From a virus (Duplodnaviria; Caudoviricetes): DNA of 60,943 bases. Under the pieces are notes generated by a model. That model did no database searches and was not told the DNA's origin. It worked only from the letters and a program-made list of their open reading frames with translations. Shown in pieces: positions 18,446 to 28,171 of this stretch. The translations under genes and the position numbers were made by a program. The stretch spans positions 1 through 60,943 of the IMG/VR virus record IMGVR_UViG_3300037483_000373. One strand, given 5' to 3'. How positions within the stretch are numbered: the first letter of the stretch is position 1; each line of letters opens with the position of its first letter.

Positions 18446-19050
18446 CGGTACAGACCGCCGGGGTTTCGATCAGTCACCATCCCGGCTATGTCGATGGGCA
18501 CCAGGCATGCAAGCCTGTCGGTGTCGAGCATGGCCGCTACAATCTCCGCTGCCGGCCACCCCTCCATCCCGCAGTGGTTCACCAGGCGAGCCCACCCCTC
18601 GGCGTGCAGCGGCCCTAGGGCCGACAGAAACGCGCGGGCATCCTGAGATAGCATGACGGACGGCGTCAGCTCCACGACCATGTCATCCGGCCCCGGCGGC
18701 GCCGGCCGTCCCGTCTCCCAGATGGAGCCTCGACCGTGCGGCATGTGCCGCGGGTGGCACTCCATGGTGCCCACCCACACCTGGGGCGGGGCGCCGGTGT
18801 AAGACCACAGGGACACGTCGATGATCGTGGCATCCTCATCGTAGCAGTCTTCTCCCACGACCGCCCAGGAGTGCTGTCCCAGTACCGCCTCACACCAGCC
18901 GCGGGCGACACGGGTAGCCAAGCCGGCGCGGACCACGGCCAACGCTCCATTGTGGCAATCCTTCGCATAGGCCGCCGGGTTGACAACAGCGGACACGCTC
19001 ACGCTCAACTCCATCGGAGCTTCCGTGGCGTCGTCAGTGATCGAGGACAT
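18442..19050 (-). CDS. Phage hypothetical protein
   Basis: SD AGGAG; first gene after P5. Confidence 0.65.
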   Translation of the reverse strand: MSSITDDATEAPMELSVSVSAVVNPAAYAKDCHNGALAVVRAGLATRVARGWCEAVLGQHSWAVVGEDCYDEDATIIDVSLWSYTGAPPQVWVGTMECHPRHMPHGRGSIWETGRPAPPGPDDMVVELTPSVMLSQDARAFLSALGPLHAEGWARLVNHCGMEGWPAAEIVAAMLDTDRLACLVPIDIAGMVTDRNPGGLYR

Positions 19051-19071
19051 AGTTAGTCTTCTCCTGCTAAG

Positions 19072-22056
19072 ATGGCGAACGGTGGAATCCGCACCGCCTG
19101 CACCTATCCTAGAACACAACTGCTAGCCTGTCAAGCCACATTGAACGCACCAGAACATCCTCTCATCTTCGACCCTGCCAATCGGCCGGTGTCGTCCTCG
19201 CCTACAGTGCAGAAGCAAATGCGGGCGATGTCCGCCGAGCTGTCGAGGGTGAAGGGTTGGATGGACCTCGGCGGGCGTGGCTTCTGGGACGCGGCAACAG
19301 GCCTGCACAAGCGCAACATCTGGAAAGAGTGCGGGTATCCAGACGTTCTCACGATCGCGAACTACCGCAGCCTCTACGATCGAGGCGGCATCGCGAGCCG
19401 GATCGTCAGCGTCTATCCCAAGGCAGCGTGGCCCGGGATGTACATAGAAGAGGACGAGGATCCGAAGAACGTAACGCCGTTCGAAGCCTCTGCCGCGGCC
19501 CTGGAAGAGCGCTTGTCGCTCCTCAGCAGGGTCACTAAGTGCGACGTCCTGCGAGGCCTGGGGAGCTATTCAGTGCTTCTGATCGGAGCACCTGGCAAGA
19601 AGGGACAGAGTCCGGAAGAGATCCTCATGTCCGAGCTGACGAAGTCCAGCCGGCCAGAGACTCCCGACAAGCCCTCGGATCTGCTCTACCTCCAACCGGT
19701 GGCCGAAGATCGGGCCAAGATCGTCGAGTACAACTCCGATCCGACCTCACCGCGGCACGGCATGCCGGAGTTCTACGACATCACCCTCGGTGGCTCAACC
19801 GCTGACGGTGGCAACCTCGGCATCGGCACCCGTGGGATCTCTACCGGTAAGGTGTACAAAGTCCATTGGTCCCGCTTGATCCACATGGCCCGCAACTGTT
19901 TAGAGGACGAGGTTCTCGGCGAGCCTGAGCTGAAATCCGTGTGGAACTATTTCTGGGATCTTCTCAAGATCCATGGAGGTGGTGCAGAGGCAGCATGGAA
20001 GCGAGCGGATCCAGGCAGGCATATCGACATTCCACCGGACCTTGAGTTCGATACCACTGCCCAGAATGCGCTTCTCGACCAGTTCGACAGCCTTGACCAT
20101 GGGTTGAGCAAGAACATCACGACGCGTGGCGCCTCGCTTGCATTGCTTGGTGCTGGCGCAAAGGTGCAGGACTTCGGCAGCAACGCAGACGCGCTCCTGA
20201 AACTGATCGCAGGCACCAAGAACATCCCTATGCGCAAGCTGGTGGGCAGCGAACGCGGCGAGCTAGCTAGCTCCCAGGATGATGAGAATTGGTGGGACGC
20301 GGTCGATGACTTCAGAGACGAGCACTGCAAGCCCATCCTCAAGGGCAACGGCCGCGGGCTCTACGACCGCCTGATCACCTACGGGTACCTAGAGCCACCG
20401 GAGAAGTATGAGATCAAGTGGCCCCTCCGCGACGAGGACACGCTCGAAGCCAAGGCCGCGGTATGCGTCCAGCTCTCGACCGCCAACAAGGCGCAGTTCG
20501 ACGCAGGCGGTACCCCGCTCCTCAGTGGCGACGAGATCCGCGACCTGGTTCTCGACATGGAGCCGGGACAGATGCAGTCTCCACGCGAGGGTGAGAGCGG
20601 CTCCGGCTCATCCTCTGGCGACCGTGCCAGTGCAGACGACGAGGAAGCGGCAGGGGCCCGGTCTCTCGCACTCTACGACGTACAGGGACTGGAGCTACTC
20701 CCGCGGTTGACGGGGATGCCTGTTGTTGATAGGCTGTCTTCGCCGCCTGGTTGCTCGGTGCACTCCGGGTATGAAGGGACAGTGCAGAGACCTGAAAACG
20801 ATCCTGGCCTACCAGACCGCTGGGACGGCGCCTCAGTTGCCAGAGTAGCGAGTAGGGAATCTCCCGCCCAGGCGGCGCTTGCCTTCGAGGACGTGACCAA
20901 GGCGTCTCCCGAGCCTTCATGGAAGGCAGTACACCGCGCAGCCGACGCGAACGTCGATCCGCTCTCCGCCGCAGCCTTTGCCTACTACCAGGCAGTCCGC
21001 GATGAGGTCGACGAAGACGTGCTGGCGGAGGCATTCCTGCGCCTATCCGTCGCCGACGCGAACCACGAGCTAAACAGAGCCCTTGAGACCGTTTTGCCGG
21101 ACGCTCAGCGCCAGTTCGCCGCGCTCCTGAACATGGCCCTACTCGATGGCGCGCTTGCCTCCAGCCGCTCCTACAGAGCCCGAGGGCTGGCATCCTCCAC
21201 CAGTTTGCTCGACGAGGTAGCACCGGGCAGGCTTGAAGGCGTGGTGAATGGTCAGTTCGTCATCGCTACCGAGGTGATCGGCCCACTGCGGACGGGCAGG
21301 TACTACGAGATCGTGGTCAACGGTGAGCTGCGCTCCCACACCCGTACAGCAGCCGGCGCGCAGTCCTTCGCTGCAACGATACTCAATCAGCGAGACTTGC
21401 CGAAGTGGGCGATGGACGTGACGAATCCGAAGTCTCTCGCGTGGGCACGTACGCGCGCGGCCGAACTGATTACCGAGATCACGCCGGATACCAAGCTCGC
21501 CGTCCGCGCGATGATTGGCAACGGCTTCGAGTTGGGCATCCCTCCGCGCAAGCTGGCACAATCGATCAAGCAAGCGGTAGGCCTACGTACCGACCAGGTT
21601 GCTGCAATCCGCAACCTCCGAAAGGAAATGCAGGATGCGCGCGTGGGCGACTATATCACGCGCTTCCCGATCCGCCCCGGTGTCCGCGCCTCGCCGGGCT
21701 TCCGCGTCCGCGTGCCTGCGGGAGACCGTACCGCGTGGATTGAGAAGCAGACGGCGCGGTACACCCAGATGCAGCACCGGTATCGCTCGGTCATGATCGC
21801 CAGATCCGAGACGATGCGAGCCAGCGGGCAAGGTCAACGGGACATGTGGCGCCAGAACCGAGACCGCGGGTATCTCGACGCGGGGCAGAAACGGTTCTGG
21901 ATCGTGACGCCTGACAGTAGGCTACGCGAAGAGCATGCAGCCCACGAGGGCGAGCAGGTAGGACTTGATGAGCCTTGGCCCTGGGGCTACGAAGTCGGCG
22001 AGGAAATTCATTGCAGGTGCGGAGAAGGCCTGGTAGACCCTGAGGCGGCGAGCTAA
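19072..22056 (+). CDS. Portal (DUF1073-type) fused to Mu gpF/SPP1 gp7-like head morphogenesis protein; true start probably 19141-19219
   Basis: GYP..Y.RGGIA.RIV, G.PEFY, VHWSR, IP.RKLVG.ERGELAS..D; C-terminal IARSET, W....D.R.R..H, HCRC. Confidence 0.88.
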   Translation: MANGGIRTACTYPRTQLLACQATLNAPEHPLIFDPANRPVSSSPTVQKQMRAMSAELSRVKGWMDLGGRGFWDAATGLHKRNIWKECGYPDVLTIANYRSLYDRGGIASRIVSVYPKAAWPGMYIEEDEDPKNVTPFEASAAALEERLSLLSRVTKCDVLRGLGSYSVLLIGAPGKKGQSPEEILMSELTKSSRPETPDKPSDLLYLQPVAEDRAKIVEYNSDPTSPRHGMPEFYDITLGGSTADGGNLGIGTRGISTGKVYKVHWSRLIHMARNCLEDEVLGEPELKSVWNYFWDLLKIHGGGAEAAWKRADPGRHIDIPPDLEFDTTAQNALLDQFDSLDHGLSKNITTRGASLALLGAGAKVQDFGSNADALLKLIAGTKNIPMRKLVGSERGELASSQDDENWWDAVDDFRDEHCKPILKGNGRGLYDRLITYGYLEPPEKYEIKWPLRDEDTLEAKAAVCVQLSTANKAQFDAGGTPLLSGDEIRDLVLDMEPGQMQSPREGESGSGSSSGDRASADDEEAAGARSLALYDVQGLELLPRLTGMPVVDRLSSPPGCSVHSGYEGTVQRPENDPGLPDRWDGASVARVASRESPAQAALAFEDVTKASPEPSWKAVHRAADANVDPLSAAAFAYYQAVRDEVDEDVLAEAFLRLSVADANHELNRALETVLPDAQRQFAALLNMALLDGALASSRSYRARGLASSTSLLDEVAPGRLEGVVNGQFVIATEVIGPLRTGRYYEIVVNGELRSHTRTAAGAQSFAATILNQRDLPKWAMDVTNPKSLAWARTRAAELITEITPDTKLAVRAMIGNGFELGIPPRKLAQSIKQAVGLRTDQVAAIRNLRKEMQDARVGDYITRFPIRPGVRASPGFRVRVPAGDRTAWIEKQTARYTQMQHRYRSVMIARSETMRASGQGQRDMWRQNRDRGYLDAGQKRFWIVTPDSRLREEHAAHEGEQVGLDEPWPWGYEVGEEIHCRCGEGLVDPEAAS
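19106..19134 (-). promoter_or_regulatory. Motif promoter P5
   Basis: TTGACAGGCTAGC; TTGACA-17-TAGGAT. Confidence 0.8.
20707..20735 (+). promoter_or_regulatory. Internal promoter within the portal ORF linker
   Basis: TTGACG-17-TAGGCT. Confidence 0.65.
20741..20877 (+). ncRNA. Putative structured ncRNA nested in the portal ORF
   Basis: Begins at the predicted TSS; closing stem CGCCGCCTGG/CCAGGCGGCG, inner TTGCTCG/CGAGTAG and TGCACT/AGTGCA. Confidence 0.55.
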
Positions 22057-22094
22057 CATCCTGACCCCGGTTGTCCTGCCCTGTAACGCAGGCT

Positions 22095-22373
22095 TCATGA
22101 CCTCATCCTCCGTTCGTACTGTCGTTCCGCGAATCGAACCAAGTGCGCGGGGGTGGCCGTGGTGGCGAACCCGCCACCTGGGAACAGAAGCCGGTACCGC
22201 GCCCGCCCCTGCTGAATGGTCACGGTGTACCCGAGGTCAGTCAACATCTTCGCCGCGGCTGCCGCGTTCTTCGGCGGTCCGGTGAATCGGCCCAGCGCGT
22301 TGCGACACCTGCGGACCGCGGGGTCCCATGTCGCACTCGTCGGGGTGGGCGTGTCGAGCATGGCGAAATCCAT
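22095..22373 (-). CDS. Hypothetical protein
   Basis: Second gene of the P6 cassette. Confidence 0.5.
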   Translation of the reverse strand: MDFAMLDTPTPTSATWDPAVRRCRNALGRFTGPPKNAAAAAKMLTDLGYTVTIQQGRARYRLLFPGGGFATTATPAHLVRFAERQYERRMRS

Positions 22374-22376
22374 CTC

Positions 22377-22529
22377 TCAGCTCCGGCTGGCAAGGTGCGC
22401 ATCAAGACGGGCACGGGTGGCGATCAAGCGCGCGTGGGCGGTGGGTTGGCGGTCGAAGTCCTCGATACGAAGAGCGGGGATGTCGGTCTCGGTGCCGTTG
22501 TCGTCGAGTTCGTATTCGGTGGCGGTCAT
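22377..22529 (-). CDS. Small hypothetical protein
   Basis: SD GGAG; first gene after P6. Confidence 0.5.
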   Translation of the reverse strand: MTATEYELDDNGTETDIPALRIEDFDRQPTAHARLIATRARLDAHLASRS

Positions 22530-22566
22530 GGCGTATCTCCGGTCGGGTGTTTCTCTGTCTGAACCC

Positions 22567-22595
22567 AAGATACCGCACTACTGACAGCCTGTCAA
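22567..22595 (-). promoter_or_regulatory. Motif promoter P6 (perfect palindrome TGACA-GCC-TGTCA)
   Basis: TTGACA-17-TATCTT. Confidence 0.8.
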
Positions 22596-22625
22596 GAGGG
22601 TTGGGGTGAAATACCTCACTCCAGG

Positions 22626-22655
22626 CAAAGAAGAAGCCCGCCAACGCGGCGGGCC
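22626..22655 (-). terminator. Intrinsic terminator of the P7 cassette
   Basis: GCCCGCC/GGCGGGC hairpin followed by TTCTTCTTT on the minus strand. Confidence 0.65.
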
Positions 22656-22831
22656 TGATCTCTCCGGACCTGTGAAACACCAGGAGGTGAGTTGGTGGCG
22701 AGGGGTCTGTTTGTGGGTAGGGATTGTGGAGGCGAGGCGAACCGATGAATCCTGGATCGCGGTATTATGGGCAGGTGACTAGGATGGCTGTAGCAGGGCC
22801 TCCGAGTGCCTCACAGGTCCGGAGAGGTCTG

Positions 22832-23221
22832 TTAGAGGACTGTCGCGTCGTACGTCTTCGTCGGCCCCCGGTATCCGCTCTTGAGGATCGCGGTCTGTTC
22901 GACCGTGTACCCGCCCGCGGGGAGACCGGTGAAGGTGAGTTCGCCACCCGGCGCAGTCGTGCCGCTGTCGGCACTGCTGCCGGTAGGGGCACGAACAACC
23001 CACTGCACCTGCGCGATCTCGTTCGCCGGGATGGTAGAGCTGTCGTCTTCAACGGCGATGCGGCCGGGCGCCGGGGAGGTGACACGGCCGGAGGTCAGAA
23101 CCGTCACGTAGACGGGCTCCTCGTCCGGCTGCGTGGGAGTTCTCGTGTCCTTGATCTCGCAGCCGGGCAGCAGGAAGATCGCGCAGATCAGGATGATGAT
23201 GTAGTAGTGGATGGGTTTCAT
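22832..23221 (-). CDS. Lipoprotein, beta-rich (PKD/Ig-like)
   Basis: Signal peptide with lipobox LPGC. Confidence 0.65.
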   Translation of the reverse strand: MKPIHYYIIILICAIFLLPGCEIKDTRTPTQPDEEPVYVTVLTSGRVTSPAPGRIAVEDDSSTIPANEIAQVQWVVRAPTGSSADSGTTAPGGELTFTGLPAGGYTVEQTAILKSGYRGPTKTYDATVL

Positions 23222-23277
23222 GGGTTTCCCTCGGTTGGTTGCAGGTGGTGGCTACGGATCTTCGACGCGGAAGCGTC

Positions 23278-23949
23278 TCACGGTCGGTTGTCGCCGCCAT
23301 TCAGGAAGCTGAACGACTCAGACTCGGCGGAGATGGTGTAGTTGTTGCGGCAAACGTCGGTGTCTAGGACCGAGCCCAGCGCACGTTGCGCTCGTCTGAG
23401 TACGGCACGGCACTCCACCGGCTCAGGGCATGTCGTAGTGCGCAAGAGTGCCGGCGAAGCCGATGCCGCTGGCGAGGTGAGAGCGACCGGACCGGTTTTG
23501 TTCGCAGCAGGCGGGTCACAGAGCCCCTCGGCCACTGCTTTGATCACCGCGCCCGCGGTGTCGGTAGGCAGGTCATCTTTCTTGAGGGTCAGTTCCCGAG
23601 CGGCAAACACATCGCCAGAGAATCGACCGTTGGCCGACACCAGACGGCCCAGCGACCCTCCGGCTACCAGCTTGTCTCCCAGGGGGCCGCTTGCCTGAAT
23701 CACGATCGGCTTCATGATGTCCACGTGCTCGCGGAAGCTCGTCTTCACGTCCTCGAATTCGTAGCCGGTGGCGCAGTAGGTGTCAACGCCACACGCGACC
23801 GCAGGGCAGGCGAGCACGGCGACGACATCGGGCCCGGCTTGCACCATGCGCAGGCCAGAGAGGCCGTTGCCAGATGCGCAGCCCGTGGAGAGAATCGCCA
23901 GGGCGCACATCGCGCCGGTAGCGATCCGGTGTTGGAGTCTGTGTTTCAT
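23278..23949 (-). CDS. Putative lipoprotein
   Basis: Signal peptide ending LSTGC; Cys pairs. Confidence 0.6.
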   Translation of the reverse strand: MKHRLQHRIATGAMCALAILSTGCASGNGLSGLRMVQAGPDVVAVLACPAVACGVDTYCATGYEFEDVKTSFREHVDIMKPIVIQASGPLGDKLVAGGSLGRLVSANGRFSGDVFAARELTLKKDDLPTDTAGAVIKAVAEGLCDPPAANKTGPVALTSPAASASPALLRTTTCPEPVECRAVLRRAQRALGSVLDTDVCRNNYTISAESESFSFLNGGDNRP

Positions 23950-24140
23950 CGTTCAGGTTCCTCGGTTGTTGGCTGACGTTCTTCTTGGACGTAGCCGCGG
24001 GTTAATTCGGCAAGTCTGGCGGACAGGATCATGAGTTCTTCGCAGGCCGTTAGCTTGTACCCTCTCATTGCATCGCTAAGGGCAAGGCTGGCGTCGACTA
24101 CTGCGCCGTGGCGTGGATGAATCTTAGGCAGGTTGCTCAT
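23946..24140 (-). CDS. Small hypothetical protein, leaderless
   Basis: ATG 6 nt after the -10 box of P7. Confidence 0.55.
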   Translation of the reverse strand: MSNLPKIHPRHGAVVDASLALSDAMRGYKLTACEELMILSARLAELTRGYVQEERQPTTEEPER

Positions 24141-24146
24141 AGGCAG

Positions 24147-24247
24147 ATCCTACAGCATACCTGTCAGCCTGTCAAGATTTCTCATTCACTGACATTTCTC
24201 GTCATATGCTGCCGAGATTTGCCACCCGGTGACAAAAAGTGTAGCAT
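24147..24247. promoter_or_regulatory. Motif promoter P7 (-) and head-operon promoter (+)
   Basis: - TTGACAGGCTGACA, TTGACA(24175)-17-TAGGAT; + TTGCCA(24219)-17-TAGCAT; TGACA-N5-CGTCA at 24190. Confidence 0.75.
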
Positions 24248-24256
24248 CGTGCCTGT

Positions 24257-25903
24257 ATGGGTGAAATCTCCACATCCACTGCGCTCGAAAGCCAGCCGCG
24301 CACGTGCCGCTACGTGGCGCGCGGTCTCGCGTTCCCTACCGGCTCGAAGATCCGCATCGCGCAGCTCTACGGCCGGGATCACCTAGTGGTGCCCGTGGTC
24401 GCCCTCATCGGCGGCGCTGTCGTGCGCCCGATGGGTTCGGATGGTTGGGAGTACGTACCGCCGAACGTGCTGTCGGAGTCTCCGCACCTGTGGAACGGCC
24501 GCCCGGTCGTACCTGTGCACCCGCTCAACGGCACCAGCTCGGCGAACACCCCGCAAATCCTCAGCACCCACGGCTTCGGCTCCCTCTTCAATAGCCGGTT
24601 CGAGGGCGGTCGCCTGCTGGTCGACGCGTATATCGACAAGGATCGGGCGGAGGGCGTAGGCCGAGGGGCCGACAAGGTCGTCGCCGCCGCGTTGCGAGCC
24701 CTAGCGGGCGAGGATGTCGCGCCTGTTGAGATCTCCGTCGGCGCCTACGTAGCTATGGTCGAGGACCCCGGCACGTCGCCGAAAGGCGAGGCCTACACGT
24801 ACCGCTGGCTCAGCGTGGCACCCGATCACCTGGCTCTTGGCCTCGACGGCGCAGAGGGCGCGTGCTCGGTAGAGATGGGCTGCGGAGCCCTACGAGCTGC
24901 CGAGAGAAAGGCTCTTACTCCGATGAAAGACCGCCGATCCGAGGGCCCGAAGTCACTAATCCTCGCGTCCAACCTCCGCCAGATGCTCGAAGCTGCTCTG
25001 TCGGAGATGGAGAGCGCAGAGTGGCTCTCTGTCGAAGACGTGGACGACACCTATTGCTTCTACACGCTCCGCATGGAAAACGAGGCCTCGAAGATGTACC
25101 GCAGGCCTTACGAAATGGCGCAAGACGGCACCATCACGATTGGCGGCCCGCGAGAACAGGTAGTCCCTCAGCGTGCATACGTCCCAGTAACGATCGATTC
25201 GGAGCCATCGGCCATGGCAGAAGACACTCAAGATTCACCAGAGACGGAGCAAGCTGCTCTCGAATCTGGTGCAGACGCAGGCGCCCCGTGTTCATGCGGT
25301 GGCGGCACTCACTCACTCGCTACCACCCCGGAGCAATCTATGGAAAAGAAAGTGCTCGTCGCGGGGCTCATCGCCTGCAAGGATAGCCCCTTCACCACCG
25401 AGTCCCAGCTCGCCGAGTTTGACGAGAAGACGCTTCAGTCTCTCTGCCAGGCCTACGGAGCTGGAGAGAAGCCTGCGCCTGTCGCGCCGGAGCCGATCAC
25501 GGCCGAGGTCGAGGCTTCCGCGTCGGCTCCCGGCACCGCCGAGAAAGTCACCCTCACTCGTGCCGATTTCGACCGGCTCCAGCGAGCCGTGCAGGCTCTC
25601 GAAGCGAACGAGTCGGCCAGTAAGGCCAACCTCGTCGCATCCCTCGTCGCTGCTCAGTCCCACCTGGAGGCCCCGGTCTACGACCAGGCCGCGCTCGAAG
25701 CGATGGACCTGGCGACCCTTCAGGGTACCCAGCGCCTCGTGGGTGCGCTCCAGCCGCAGACCCAGGGCTACCAGGGCGACCAGCCCGCCTACATCGGGCA
25801 GACCGGACCGATCGCCACCGCACCCAAGGAGCCAGCCCTTCGCACGTTTGAGCAATGGCTGCCACTTGCCCAGTCCAGGGCCAAGGCAAAGGAGGCTAAC
25901 TAA
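24257..25903 (+). CDS. DUF2213-type prohead protease/scaffold
   Basis: HLVVPVV, WNGRPV...HP, EISVG, PDHLA, GACS...GCG. Confidence 0.85.
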   Translation: MGEISTSTALESQPRTCRYVARGLAFPTGSKIRIAQLYGRDHLVVPVVALIGGAVVRPMGSDGWEYVPPNVLSESPHLWNGRPVVPVHPLNGTSSANTPQILSTHGFGSLFNSRFEGGRLLVDAYIDKDRAEGVGRGADKVVAAALRALAGEDVAPVEISVGAYVAMVEDPGTSPKGEAYTYRWLSVAPDHLALGLDGAEGACSVEMGCGALRAAERKALTPMKDRRSEGPKSLILASNLRQMLEAALSEMESAEWLSVEDVDDTYCFYTLRMENEASKMYRRPYEMAQDGTITIGGPREQVVPQRAYVPVTIDSEPSAMAEDTQDSPETEQAALESGADAGAPCSCGGGTHSLATTPEQSMEKKVLVAGLIACKDSPFTTESQLAEFDEKTLQSLCQAYGAGEKPAPVAPEPITAEVEASASAPGTAEKVTLTRADFDRLQRAVQALEANESASKANLVASLVAAQSHLEAPVYDQAALEAMDLATLQGTQRLVGALQPQTQGYQGDQPAYIGQTGPIATAPKEPALRTFEQWLPLAQSRAKAKEAN

Positions 25904-26349
25904 TGCCGCTAGCTGCACGAACTCCTACGATCGTCCGTCTGCGCCTCCAGCGCGACCCGATCGAACGCTCCGACCTGGCAGCGATCGAGACCATCACGCC
26001 GGGCATGATCATCGAGTATCACGACAACAGTGGCGCGCTCACTTGGGGAGTCCACGACTCCGCAGACGGGGCGGTCCAGCGTGTCGTAGCCCTCGACCAG
26101 CCGGCCCTCAATCTCGGCCTGGCCGATACCTACGCCGCTGGCGATCTCGTCCGCGCGTGGTACGTGCAGACCGGCGATCAGTTCTACGGCCTGATCCCCT
26201 CGGGGCAGTCCATCACGCAGGGTGCATACCTGCAAAGCAACGGTAACGGCATGCTGAAAGCCCTGGCCTCCGGCACAGGCGCATTCATCGCGGCCGAAAC
26301 CATCGGCACAGTCGCAGCCACTACGCGCTGCCGAATCGAGGTGGTGTAA
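25903..26349 (+). CDS. Capsid decoration/cement protein
   Basis: ITPGM, YAAGD.V, L.SNGNG.L; lies between protease and capsid genes. Confidence 0.75.
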   Translation: MPLAARTPTIVRLRLQRDPIERSDLAAIETITPGMIIEYHDNSGALTWGVHDSADGAVQRVVALDQPALNLGLADTYAAGDLVRAWYVQTGDQFYGLIPSGQSITQGAYLQSNGNGMLKALASGTGAFIAAETIGTVAATTRCRIEVV

Positions 26350-27389
26350 TGGAAGGCCTTCCGCAATTCTCCGGATTCCAGGTTCTCAACGCGAACCCTG
26401 GCAGTCCTGATCCCGCCAACCTGGCCGGCGCCACCTCTGGCGCCGACATCTTCGAGCGGCTCCGTGCCGCGTCGAAGCTACGTTCCTTGACTCCGCTCCC
26501 CAAGCGGACCGAAGAGATCATGGACGACCAGATGATCGAAGTAGGCCTTGACCGCCTCACGGTGGCCGGGGACCTGATCGAAGATCCTCAGCGTCGCCGA
26601 CTGTTGCCGAACTGGATGGCTATCCCCACCCTGACGGCCCACAAGCGGACCCGTGCCGGGCGCGCGGCCATGGCGATGGTGCCGACTCCTTCGGCGGAGA
26701 ACAGTGCCCCTGAACTGACTCCGTACACCCTGCCGATCTACGCAACTTTCGCGTACTTCAGCTACGACATCCGCGTCCTGCTGGCAGCGGCGCGTGTCGG
26801 GTATCAGCTCGACACCAACGCCGTCCGCGAAGCCACGCTCAACGTGAATGAGACCATCGAAGACGTGACGATCAACGGTGGGCCGACGATCAACGGTTTC
26901 GGCGTCAACGGCTACCAGGACACGACCAACACCAGCGCCTACAGCTCGGGTACCTCGTGGACAACCGCCACCGGCAGCGTCATCGTGACGAACATCATCA
27001 ACATGAATGGCGTTCTCGAAAACGATAGCTTCCGCGGCGCAAAAGACCTCTACATCAACGGGGCGTACAACAACGCGCTGAACCGCCCGTGGTCCGATGG
27101 TGTGACGACCTTCGACAAGACCATCCGCCAGTACTTGGAAGGCATGAGCTTCGGAGGCCAGAACCTACGGATCCGCGTGGCCGATCAGCTCGGCACGGAT
27201 CGCACCTTCATGGTGGACCGCACCACGCCGGGCGTAGCTCGCATGCTCATCGGTCAGCAGGCGCAGCTCCTGAGCTTCGACTCGCTGGACGGCATGACGA
27301 AGCACTTCTACGTGATCGCCTGCATGGTGCCCGATGTCCAGAGCAATAGCTCCGGCAACTTCGGCATCGTCTCCGGCTTCACGAGCTAA
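26349..27389 (+). CDS. Major capsid protein (HK97 fold, linocin/encapsulin-like)
   Basis: Position, 346 aa, LPI....F..DIR.L.A, LDT....EA...V.E.IE. Confidence 0.85.
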   Translation: MEGLPQFSGFQVLNANPGSPDPANLAGATSGADIFERLRAASKLRSLTPLPKRTEEIMDDQMIEVGLDRLTVAGDLIEDPQRRRLLPNWMAIPTLTAHKRTRAGRAAMAMVPTPSAENSAPELTPYTLPIYATFAYFSYDIRVLLAAARVGYQLDTNAVREATLNVNETIEDVTINGGPTINGFGVNGYQDTTNTSAYSSGTSWTTATGSVIVTNIINMNGVLENDSFRGAKDLYINGAYNNALNRPWSDGVTTFDKTIRQYLEGMSFGGQNLRIRVADQLGTDRTFMVDRTTPGVARMLIGQQAQLLSFDSLDGMTKHFYVIACMVPDVQSNSSGNFGIVSGFTS

Positions 27390-27397
27390 CACCTCAC

Positions 27398-27431
27398 GGG
27401 AGAGGGTTCACACCGGGCCCTCTCCCTTTTT
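27398..27431 (+). terminator. Intrinsic terminator after capsid gene
   Basis: GGGAGAGGGT/GCCCTCTCCC followed by TTTTT. Confidence 0.85.
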
Positions 27432-27461
27432 CCCTACCTCACCTACCCAACAGGAGACCAC

Positions 27462-27770
27462 GTGTACCGATTCGTCCATGTGATGAAGCACGGCCAGAAG
27501 GACCCAGTGATCCGCTCACCCTCGTACAGCGAAGGCGAGCAGATTACGGTAGTCACCGAGGACTCGGCCGCAGCCCTGAACCCCGACCTGCGCGCCGAGC
27601 CCGGCGTATACTTCGAGATCGTAGGCAAGAACCCGGACACCGGGCAAGCCATGCCGAGCTACCACCTGCCGACAGATGGCGACGAGATCTACGTGATGGA
27701 AATCGTCAACGGGCAGAAGATCACCATCGCCAGCCACCGTTGGCCACTCACTGAAGGAACCAAATCATGA
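27462..27770 (+). CDS. Hypothetical protein
   Basis: SD AGGAG, GTG start. Confidence 0.6.
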   Translation: MYRFVHVMKHGQKDPVIRSPSYSEGEQITVVTEDSAAALNPDLRAEPGVYFEIVGKNPDTGQAMPSYHLPTDGDEIYVMEIVNGQKITIASHRWPLTEGTKS

Positions 27771-28132
27771 GCGAACCAGTCCGCAACATCCGAGTACGTC
27801 TCCTCACCGGATCCTTTGGCCGGGTAGAGGATGGCGCGCATGTAATCTACAAGTCCGGCAGCGAACCGTTCCTCGTGTCTCAGGCCGAGTTCGAAGAGCA
27901 CAGCAAGCAGCTCGAAGTCGTCGACCGCGACGCCAAGCCAGCACCCGCCGCTCCGCTTGCCACGGAGACAGGCTCCGAGCCCACGGACCACTGGCGAGCC
28001 GCGGTGTCCCAGGTGAGGGCCCTCGGCGATGTCGACGAGGTCCGCGCATTCCTCGCCGCAGAAGAGGCCGGCAAGGCGCGAGACAGCGTGATCGAGGCCG
28101 CAGAAGCGCGGATCAAGGAACTCGGAGGCTAA
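27767..28132 (+). CDS. Head-associated hypothetical protein
   Basis: C-terminal EE.GKAR.SVI.A..ARI motif of the type often found after capsid genes. Confidence 0.6.
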   Translation: MSEPVRNIRVRLLTGSFGRVEDGAHVIYKSGSEPFLVSQAEFEEHSKQLEVVDRDAKPAPAAPLATETGSEPTDHWRAAVSQVRALGDVDEVRAFLAAEEAGKARDSVIEAAEARIKELGG

Positions 28133-28171
28133 TCGCCTCATCGGGGTAATCACCTGAAAGGATCTGGTTCA

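Noticed and set aside
26349-27389. Cellular encapsulin nanocompartment
   Set aside because: Context with protease, portal and terminase shows it is the phage capsid
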